Positions 56,684 through 64,000 of a stretch of 64,000 nt of DNA are shown piece by piece. Under the pieces are notes generated by a model. It made no database searches. It was given only the letters and a program-made list of their open reading frames with translations, and had not been told where the DNA came from. Every line of letters begins with the position of its first letter. The stretch's first letter is position 1. The stretch is from Thermodesulfobacteriota bacterium. Lineage in GTDB: Bacteria > Desulfobacterota > Desulfobacteria > Desulfobacterales > SURF-7. The stretch spans positions 64,001-128,000 of the forward strand of contig JBMORA010000018.1 of assembly GCA_049320885.1 (NCBI GenBank). Direction: 5' to 3'. Position numbers and translations under genes: made by a program.

Positions 56684-57943
56684 ATGACAAGACTGCTTAC
56701 CATCACAAGCGGTAAAGGCGGGGTAGGAAAAACCAATATCAGCATCAACCTGGCCCTCTATCTCGCGGCAAGGGGATTGCGTGTGTGTTTGTTCGACGCG
56801 GACCTGGGGCTGGCGAACATCAACGTCCTGTTAGGGATATATCCCCGGGAAACCCTCCGGGATGTGCTGTTCGGCCGGAAAAGCATGCAGGAAATCCTCA
56901 TCCGGTACGAGGGCGGCATTGACATTCTGCCCGGCAGTTCGGGTGTCGCGGACATGGTCGACCTGGACCAGGGCCAGGTGGAAAAACTGATCCGCTCCTT
57001 CCTGGCCATGGAGAATTACGATTTCTTCCTTTTCGATACATCTGCGGGCATTGCCAAGGATGTTCTGGCCTTCTGTCTTGCAGCGCCGGAGTTGCTGGTG
57101 GTGATCACACCGGAACCAACCTCCCTCACCGACGCCTATGCCCTGGTGAAAATTCTCGTCCACAGCGGCTATCAGGGAAAAATCCGGGTGGCGGTCAATT
57201 TATGCAAAAACGCTTCCCTGGCCAAGTCGGCTTACGGCAAATTCAAGGCGGCCGTCAAAAAATTTCTTGGTGTCGACGTCACTTCCCTGGGAATGATTTA
57301 TGAAGACGAGGTCATGACGCAGGCCGTCACCCAACAAAAACCGGTGGCGACTCTTTACCCGAAAACATACGCGGCCCAGGGAATTAAAAAACTGGCCGAC
57401 CGCCTGATAGCCGACACCGAGGATTCCCTGGATGCAACCGGGATCAAAGCCTTTTGGGAAAAATGTCTGGCCGTCTTGAAACATCCCCCCCATTATGGCA
57501 ACAAGTTGAAAATGGAAGCCGGGGCAGAGGGGAAAGACGGCCCGCCGTCACCGGCAGCCGGGAGCAACCCGGCACCCGTGGAGCCGATCCAGGCCGCGAC
57601 CGAAATCGGACCGCACGAACCTGCCGGTATTGCGGGAAAGACCACGGAAAACCCGCTCATCCCGCCTTTCCCAGCAGAACACAAACCCGCCATCAGCAAT
57701 CAGACCCGGGATTCCGGGCCGGTCCGAATCGATTCCGGGGCAGTCCTCACTGGAATCGGCGGAGAGATCAACAAAACCTTGACCGCCATTGTGGAGGAAC
57801 TGACGCGCGTGCGCCAATCCATGGAAAAACTGGGTTCCGTTTCCATCCGGGATGGCCGGATAACGGATTCACGATCCGGGGCGACACCGCATCCGGAATC
57901 GATCACGCTTGATTTTGAAGCCTACAGCAAACGCCGACAATAG
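56684..57943 (+). CDS. FlhG/FleN/MinD-like ATPase with low-complexity C-terminal extension
   Basis: ITSGKGGVGKTN, DADLGLAN, DTSAGI, TPEPTSLTDAYALVK; Pro/Ala-rich tail and terminal helix. Confidence 0.9.
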   Translation: MTRLLTITSGKGGVGKTNISINLALYLAARGLRVCLFDADLGLANINVLLGIYPRETLRDVLFGRKSMQEILIRYEGGIDILPGSSGVADMVDLDQGQVEKLIRSFLAMENYDFFLFDTSAGIAKDVLAFCLAAPELLVVITPEPTSLTDAYALVKILVHSGYQGKIRVAVNLCKNASLAKSAYGKFKAAVKKFLGVDVTSLGMIYEDEVMTQAVTQQKPVATLYPKTYAAQGIKKLADRLIADTEDSLDATGIKAFWEKCLAVLKHPPHYGNKLKMEAGAEGKDGPPSPAAGSNPAPVEPIQAATEIGPHEPAGIAGKTTENPLIPPFPAEHKPAISNQTRDSGPVRIDSGAVLTGIGGEINKTLTAIVEELTRVRQSMEKLGSVSIRDGRITDSRSGATPHPESITLDFEAYSKRRQ

Positions 57944-57958
57944 AAAGGGAGTATCATC

Positions 57959-58840
57959 TTGGCCCCGAAAACCGTCGAAGAATTGGTGAAACGCATCGAT
58001 CAGATTCCCACGTTGCCCATGGTGAGCAGTCAAATCATGCGACTGCTGGAGGACGAGAATGTCTCCATCAACAAACTGTCAGAACTGATAGAAAAGGACC
58101 AGGCACTGGCGGTGAAAATCCTCAAAGTGGCCAATTCGTCGTTCTACGGGTCATTCTCGCAAACCAGTTCTATTGATTATGCCATCATGAAACTGGGCCT
58201 GGGTGAAGTCAAAGCCATTCTCCACGCCTTTTCCATCCACAGCTTTTTTTCCCAGAAGTCGCCCGCCGGGTTTGATCGCGCGCAATTCTGGAAACACGCC
58301 ATCATCTGCAGCCAGATCGCGCGGTATCTGGGGACCTATTTCAATATGGGCAAGGACGATACCCTCTTTTTGTCCGGTCTCATTCATGATCTGGGGAAAA
58401 TCATCTTCGATCAATATTTCCATGACGATTTTCTGCAAATCATCCAGCTGGTCAACGACCATCACGAAAGTTTCAGCAAAGCGGAGAAGACCGTTCTCGG
58501 TTTCACGCATTACCAGGTGGCGGCGAAACTGCTGCAGAAATGGCAGTTCCCCAAAAAAATCATCATGCAGGTATTCTATCATCATGCACCCTGGAACGAC
58601 GCCAATTTTTCCGCCGGTTCCATCGTCATCTATCTTGCCAACATTCTGACGAAACTGGCCGGGTACCCCTGTCTGGAATCCGAAAGGCCGCCGGATTTGA
58701 ACGAATTCGCCGACTCCAACGCCATGGCCCACATCGTCAAGAGCGGATTCGATCTGGATCGCGCCAGTCTTGAGACCTTGGTTAACAATATCCGGGAATT
58801 CATCAGTGGGGAGAGTGAAAATATGTTGCGTTTTTTCTGA
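57959..58840 (+). CDS. HDOD domain protein
   Basis: IPTLP, KDQALAVKILKVANSSFY, FWKH, GLIHDLGK, LGFTH, W-x-FP, HH; GGGAG RBS before TTG. Confidence 0.92.
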   Translation: MAPKTVEELVKRIDQIPTLPMVSSQIMRLLEDENVSINKLSELIEKDQALAVKILKVANSSFYGSFSQTSSIDYAIMKLGLGEVKAILHAFSIHSFFSQKSPAGFDRAQFWKHAIICSQIARYLGTYFNMGKDDTLFLSGLIHDLGKIIFDQYFHDDFLQIIQLVNDHHESFSKAEKTVLGFTHYQVAAKLLQKWQFPKKIIMQVFYHHAPWNDANFSAGSIVIYLANILTKLAGYPCLESERPPDLNEFADSNAMAHIVKSGFDLDRASLETLVNNIREFISGESENMLRFF

Positions 58841-58922
58841 TTCGGAACGAAATTGGCGAAGATGGGTATTTCCGGCAGCATTATTTTCAGGCTCCCGAAA
58901 ACGGCATTCTATATCCGGCTTG

Positions 58923-60839
58923 ATGACACCCGATATGACCATGCAGCTGTCCAAGCAAGTCCGGCCGAAAAAGATCGGCCTTTTCTCAACCCCATGGCCT
59001 TTGTACAATCGGCCGTCCATTCAATTGGGCGCGCTCCAGGCGTATCTCCGGCAGCAATTCCCGGAACTGCAGGTCATCTCCCACCATTTCTATCTGCAGC
59101 TGGCTGCGGCCCTGGGCTATAGGACCTATCAGGAAATCAGCCGCAAATCCTGGCAGGCGGAAAGCGTCTACGCCGCCCTGCTGTATCCGGAACGAACCGC
59201 AATCCTCAAGAAATTATTCTACAAGGAAGCGGGCAGCGCCCCGGGAAAACCCATAGACTTCCATTCGCTGGTTTCCGCCGTCAAAACCGCAAGCGACGAC
59301 CTGATCGGGAAAATCGACTGGAACGCGTTTGGCCTTGCCGGTTTTTCCATCTGCTTTTGCCAGTTGACCTCGGCCTTGTATTTCATCCGTCAAATCAAAC
59401 GGAGCCATCCCACCCTGCCGGTCGTCGTCGGAGGCTCCCTGGTTTCGGGTATCAATCCAGAAGAATTCTTTCCGGCCTTTCCCGAAATCGATTTTCTCAT
59501 CCGGGGGGAAGGCGAAAACCCCATCGGCCGCCTGGTGCAAACGATTTTAAAAGACGGCGTTTTCCCGGATACAACCGGAAATCCGGGTCTCCTGTCCAGA
59601 AATACCCGGCCTTCGGAATTTCACCCGGCTTTTGACCAGGTGGATCAGCTCGATGGATTGCCGCTACCGATTTACGACGATTATTTCCGGTTGCTGGCAA
59701 GCTTTCCACCCGGTCTCCGGTTCTTTCCGAATCTCCCGGTGGAAATCTCCAGGGGCTGCTGGTGGGCGGCCGGCCAGGAAAAACGCGGGCAACGCGGCTG
59801 CGCCTTCTGCAATCTCAATCTTCAATGGCAGGGGTATCGCCATAAAAGCCCATCCGTTGTCGTCCGCCAGATCGATGCATTGACTTCGCGCCATCAAAGC
59901 CTGTCTGTGTCGATTGTGGACAATGTGCTGCCCATGAAACAAGCGGCAACCATCTTTTCGAAACTGACTGGACTGGGGAAGGATCTGGATCTGTTTTGCG
60001 AGCTGCGCGCCGCTGTCCCACCCGCTGTATTGGCGGCAATGCGCAGGGCCGGGGTTCGAACAGTTCAGATCGGTATCGAGGCGCTCAGTTCCCGGCTTCT
60101 GCGGAAAATGAACAAAGGCGCCACGACGATTCAAAACATCGAAACCATGAAAAATTGCGAGGAACTCGGGATCGTCAACAGTTCAAACCTGATTCTCCAT
60201 TTTCCGGGAAGCGATGAGGAAGACGTGGCGGAAACCCTTCGATGCCTCGAATTCGTTTTGCCCTTTCGGCCGCTGAAGGCCATCGAATTCCGGCTGGGTT
60301 CGGGGAGCCCGGTCATGAACGGGGCAAAGCAATACGGGATCAAGGCAACATATAATCATCCCCATTATCGGTTGTTGCTGCCGCCGGAAACGTCGGACCG
60401 CGTCCAGTGGATCCACCGGGCCTATCGGGGAGATCTGCTCCACCAAAAAAAGCTCTGGAAGGAAGTGAAACTCAGAATCGCCGCCTGGCAGGCGGATTAC
60501 GCCGCCCTGCGTCGGGACAGCGACCAGGGGCCCATCCTGGGATATCAGGACGGCAGGGATTTTTTGATCATCCGCCAGAAACGTCCCGGCAAAGAGCCGC
60601 TCATCCATCGTCTGAAAGGCCGCTCCCGGGAAATATATCTTTTCTGCCGCCGCCGCCGGAAAGTGGGAAACATCCTGGCGCACTGGAAAGATGTCCCCGC
60701 GGACAAGCTGTTGTCCTTTCTTGCGATGATGGTGGAAAAACGATTGATGTTCGAAGAAAAGGGTGTCTATCTCAGCCTGGCTTCGGCCCTTGCGGCCTCC
60801 CAGACTTTTTCCATCCCGCTGCAATCACCCTATGAATGA
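58923..60839 (+). CDS. RiPP-maturation-type radical SAM protein (B12-binding-like N-domain; TIGR03975-like)
   Basis: PWPLYNRPSIQLGAL, VVVGG, GEGE, LPIYDDYF, EISRGCWW...CAFCNLN, VQIGIEALS..LL..MNKG. Start 58923, 58935 or 58941. Confidence 0.82.
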   Translation: MTPDMTMQLSKQVRPKKIGLFSTPWPLYNRPSIQLGALQAYLRQQFPELQVISHHFYLQLAAALGYRTYQEISRKSWQAESVYAALLYPERTAILKKLFYKEAGSAPGKPIDFHSLVSAVKTASDDLIGKIDWNAFGLAGFSICFCQLTSALYFIRQIKRSHPTLPVVVGGSLVSGINPEEFFPAFPEIDFLIRGEGENPIGRLVQTILKDGVFPDTTGNPGLLSRNTRPSEFHPAFDQVDQLDGLPLPIYDDYFRLLASFPPGLRFFPNLPVEISRGCWWAAGQEKRGQRGCAFCNLNLQWQGYRHKSPSVVVRQIDALTSRHQSLSVSIVDNVLPMKQAATIFSKLTGLGKDLDLFCELRAAVPPAVLAAMRRAGVRTVQIGIEALSSRLLRKMNKGATTIQNIETMKNCEELGIVNSSNLILHFPGSDEEDVAETLRCLEFVLPFRPLKAIEFRLGSGSPVMNGAKQYGIKATYNHPHYRLLLPPETSDRVQWIHRAYRGDLLHQKKLWKEVKLRIAAWQADYAALRRDSDQGPILGYQDGRDFLIIRQKRPGKEPLIHRLKGRSREIYLFCRRRRKVGNILAHWKDVPADKLLSFLAMMVEKRLMFEEKGVYLSLASALAASQTFSIPLQSPYE

Positions 60840-61822
60840 GGAGTAAGATGATCACGACACGCATCACCGAATTATTCGGCATCGAGCGTCCCATCGTCCA
60901 GGGCGGTCTGATGTGGATCGCCCGGGCCGGCCTGGTTTCCGCGGTCGCCAATGCCGGCGGCATGGGTTTTATGACGGCCCTCACCTTTGCGGACCCGGAA
61001 GAATTCCGCGCCGAAATCCGGAATTGCCGGGAAAGGACATCAAAACCCTTCGGGGTGAACCTGACCTTTTTGCCCACCATGAGACCGCCTGACTATCCGG
61101 CCTATATCCGAATTTGTATCGAGGAAGGCATCCGGTTCATCGAGACCGCAGGCCGTAATCCGGAGCCCTATATGGATCAAATCAAGTCGGCCGGCATCCG
61201 GGTTGTGCATAAATGCACCTCGGTCCGTCACGCCCAAAAAGCGGAATCCATCGGTTGCGACGCCGTCAGCATCGATGGATTCGAAGCGGCCGGTCATCCG
61301 GGGGAAGACGATGTCACCTCCTTGATTCTGATTCCGTTGACCCGGGATGCCATCCGTATCCCCATCATCGCCTCCGGTGGGTTTTCTGATGGTCGCGGTC
61401 TTGTTGCGGCCCTGGCGCTAGGCGCGGACGGAATCAACATGGGAACCCGTTTCGTGGCCACAAAGGAAGCACCGGTGCATGAAAACGTCAAACAGGCCCT
61501 GATCAGCCACAACGAGCGCGACACCCGGCTGATCATGCGGACGCTTCGAAATACCGAACGGGTGATGCACAACGAAGCCGTCAATCAGGTCCTTGCCATT
61601 GAAAAAAGGGGCGACACCAGGATCGAGGAGATCGCACCCTTCGTTTCCGGCCTTGTGGGCAAGGAAATGCTGATAGACGGGGACATGGAAAAAGGGACCC
61701 TGGCGGCAGGCCAGAGCATGGGGCTGATCCGCGATATCCCGAGCTGCCGGGAACTGCTGGACCGCATCATGGTCCAGGCGGAAGGCATCATCAAAGACGG
61801 ACTGCTTTCGTCTTTGTCCTGA
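60836..61822 (+). CDS. Nitronate monooxygenase / FabK-like FMN-dependent oxidoreductase
   Basis: PIVQGG, LVSAVANAGG, PFGVN, GFEAAGH, IIASGGFSDGRG, MGTRF, AGQ. Start 60836 or 60848. Confidence 0.9.
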   Translation: MRSKMITTRITELFGIERPIVQGGLMWIARAGLVSAVANAGGMGFMTALTFADPEEFRAEIRNCRERTSKPFGVNLTFLPTMRPPDYPAYIRICIEEGIRFIETAGRNPEPYMDQIKSAGIRVVHKCTSVRHAQKAESIGCDAVSIDGFEAAGHPGEDDVTSLILIPLTRDAIRIPIIASGGFSDGRGLVAALALGADGINMGTRFVATKEAPVHENVKQALISHNERDTRLIMRTLRNTERVMHNEAVNQVLAIEKRGDTRIEEIAPFVSGLVGKEMLIDGDMEKGTLAAGQSMGLIRDIPSCRELLDRIMVQAEGIIKDGLLSSLS

Positions 61823-61842
61823 ATCATTACAGGACCCATTGG

Positions 61843-64000
61843 TCAGCGTTTCGACTTGGCGCGGGAGGTGGGCTCCGCCTGCAGGGGATCATCGGGCCAA
61901 TAATGCCTGGGGTACCGACCTTTCAACTCCTTTTTGACTTGCAGGTACCCGGTCCGCCAGAACCCTGCCAGATCCCGGGTGATTTGAACCGGACGAGCGG
62001 CCGGCGAAAGCAGGTGGATGGTCAGGGGGTGCCGCCCTTCCACAATGGCGGGGGTTTCCCCAAGGCCGAACATCTCCTGCAGACGAACCGCCAGCACCGG
62101 CGAATCTCCGGAATAATCGATGGGAATCCGGGACCCGCTCGGAACAACGAAATGGGTGGGGGCCAGTTCATCCATTCGTTTTCGCTGGGCATAGCTCAGC
62201 ATCGGCGACAGCAACGCCTGCAAATCCACCCGCTCCAGCTCCCGCAGGCGGGTCAGACCGCCCAGATGCGGCCCCAGCCATTCCGTCAGACCGATTTCCA
62301 GTCCCGAGTCGGTGACATCCGGCCAGTTCCCTCCCGGATCCACCTGCTGCAGAAAGCAGACCCGTCTCTGCCAAGCCCGCAGAGATTTGGTCCACGGCAG
62401 GCATGAGATACCCGTCATCCGGATTCCGTTTATCAGGGCTTTCCGCACCCGGTCGTTGTCCGGAGACGGCAGCTGCTCGCGCTGCAAAATCAGGGCCCCC
62501 AGACAGATTTCCCGCCGGGAAACCACCGCCTGCTGGCCGGGGTCCCATTGGATGACTTCCCGGATTTGAATCCGCTTGGCGAACTGCTCCATCAACAGGT
62601 CCAGGCGATGGGAAGCGGCCCTGAATATCCGGGCCTCCCGGCGGTCACCGTCGAGTTCCACGGCGACCAGATACGGTTCCGCCGCCAGGGGGGCATCCGG
62701 TTCCAGAAAAGCCCCCTTTCCCCCGGCCAGCAAATAACGCCCCCTCCGACCGGGGCGCTGCTGCGCCACTCGATCCGGATAGGCAAACGCCAGGAGACGG
62801 CCGATGGAATCGGTTCCGGTGGAAGCCTTCGGACAAGCCATAAGCCGTCCCAGGTGATCGGCTGTCCGGATTACACGCCGGAAAACGGAGGCATCAACGA
62901 AACCGGCAAGCGGTTGCCCGCGGCGGAAAGCGGTCAACAGATCAAAACGGGTTTGCAGGTCCTCATCCCTCCTGACGGCTCCGATATGCATGCCGTCCCG
63001 CTCGGTCAACAGAGCCGCCAGATCGCAAGCCGCCGGCCCCTGCCCGATTTCGGCGGCGGCCATCAGCATATGGGCCAGTCTTGGGTGCAGGGGCAGTCCG
63101 GCCATCCTGCGGCCATGCTCTGTGACGACATTGTCCTGATCCAGGGCATCCAGTGACCGAAGCAGTTCCCGGGCGACCTGAAACGCCTTGGGAGGCGGCG
63201 GATCGAGCCAGCGCAGTCGATGGACATCACGCTCTCCCCAGATCGCCAGTTCCAGCGCCAATCCAGCCAAATCCGCCTCCAGTATTTCCGGCCGGTGTTC
63301 CGCCGGCAGGGTATGATGCGCGCCGTGCGACCACAACCGCAGGCAGATGCCCGGTCCGGTTCGTCCGGCCCTGCCCCGACGTTGATCCGCCGATGCTCTG
63401 GATACCGGCATGGTCGTCAGCCGGGTCATGGCACTGCGGACATCGTATCGCGGCAGACGTGAAAGCCCGCTGTCCACCACCACACGGATTCCATCGATGG
63501 TCAGACTGGTTTCCGCAATGGAAGTGGCCAGCACGATCTTCCGTTTGCCTTCCGGAGGCGCCATGACGGCCCGATCCTGCTCCTCCTGGGACAACTGCCC
63601 GAACAGCGGGGCGATGATCCATTCCGGCCCCGGGCCAGCGGCCGCCAGACGTTTCGCCGCCTGGCGGATTTCCGGCGCGCCTGGCAAAAAGACCAAAATA
63701 TTACCCGGTTCCTCACGGCCGACCGCCAGCACGGTCTCGACAATCGTTCCAATGGATTCGCCGGGCGTATAGTTTCCGACATAGCGGGTTTCCACCGGGT
63801 ACTCCCGGCCGGTGCAACGAATCACTGGCGCATTGCCCAGCAGGGCCGCCGTTTCCTCCGATGAAAGCGTGGCGGACATGATCAGCAGACGGAGTTCCGC
63901 GTTCAGAACTCCCTGCATATCCAGGCATAACGCCAGCCCCAGATCCGCATCCAGGTTGCGTTCGTGATACTCATCGAAAATCACCAGCCCCACGCCTGTA
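61843..64000 (-). CDS. hrpB: ATP-dependent helicase HrpB (5' end outside the window)
   Basis: DEYHER, MSAT, FLPG, ATSIAETSLTI, QRRGRAGR, and the HrpB C-terminal motifs LSPAARP, KGRYPRHYWP. Confidence 0.94.
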   Translation of the reverse strand, partial: TGVGLVIFDEYHERNLDADLGLALCLDMQGVLNAELRLLIMSATLSSEETAALLGNAPVIRCTGREYPVETRYVGNYTPGESIGTIVETVLAVGREEPGNILVFLPGAPEIRQAAKRLAAAGPGPEWIIAPLFGQLSQEEQDRAVMAPPEGKRKIVLATSIAETSLTIDGIRVVVDSGLSRLPRYDVRSAMTRLTTMPVSRASADQRRGRAGRTGPGICLRLWSHGAHHTLPAEHRPEILEADLAGLALELAIWGERDVHRLRWLDPPPPKAFQVARELLRSLDALDQDNVVTEHGRRMAGLPLHPRLAHMLMAAAEIGQGPAACDLAALLTERDGMHIGAVRRDEDLQTRFDLLTAFRRGQPLAGFVDASVFRRVIRTADHLGRLMACPKASTGTDSIGRLLAFAYPDRVAQQRPGRRGRYLLAGGKGAFLEPDAPLAAEPYLVAVELDGDRREARIFRAASHRLDLLMEQFAKRIQIREVIQWDPGQQAVVSRREICLGALILQREQLPSPDNDRVRKALINGIRMTGISCLPWTKSLRAWQRRVCFLQQVDPGGNWPDVTDSGLEIGLTEWLGPHLGGLTRLRELERVDLQALLSPMLSYAQRKRMDELAPTHFVVPSGSRIPIDYSGDSPVLAVRLQEMFGLGETPAIVEGRHPLTIHLLSPAARPVQITRDLAGFWRTGYLQVKKELKGRYPRHYWPDDPLQAEPTSRAKSKR

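Noticed and set aside
1..64000. CRISPR array, tRNA/rRNA, IS or prophage
   Set aside because: No repeat-spacer periodicity, no recognisable RNA gene, and no transposase, integrase or phage motifs in the ORFs. The TPR-CHAT gene has no cas neighbours in this window.

Overview
This is a 64 kb gene-dense, GC-rich chromosomal segment from a dissimilatory sulfite/sulfate-reducing bacterium, most likely Desulfobacterota (inferred from dsrA-dsrB-dsrD-dsrN next to a tetraheme cytochrome c3). Left to right it carries: a 5'-truncated CHASE2 adenylate/guanylate cyclase coupled to a signal-peptide TPR-CHAT protease; recD2; a YidD-like/TPR pair; a type II secretion operon (gspGHIJKLMNCDE, no gspF); an orphan ParA with a ribbon-helix-helix-like partner; a sigma54 module (REC, two enhancer-binding proteins and an Arg-rich [DE]RR-repeat microprotein with a clear -24/-12 promoter, IHF-like site and shared upstream motif); a TetR-SulP-phosphorelay operon; moeA-moeA/PBP-archease-rtcB; an unannotated 54-aa Cys/His microprotein, a sigma54 activator and clpB; MarR-DUF362-SDR; cytochrome c3; dsrABDN; a TPR plus kinase-like pair; a PilB/GspE ATPase with about 8 MshEN half-motifs plus a FlhG-like ATPase, an HDOD protein and a RiPP-type radical SAM enzyme; a nitronate monooxygenase-family flavoprotein; and a 5'-truncated hrpB. 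I saw no rRNA, tRNA, CRISPR array, transposase or prophage gene. The best candidates for undescribed biology are the sigma54/[DE]RR-microprotein circuit, the multi-MshEN ATPase operon, the SulP phosphorelay (including a probable ATT-initiated pseudokinase) and the B-box-like microprotein. All calls come from motif recognition by eye; no database searches were run.
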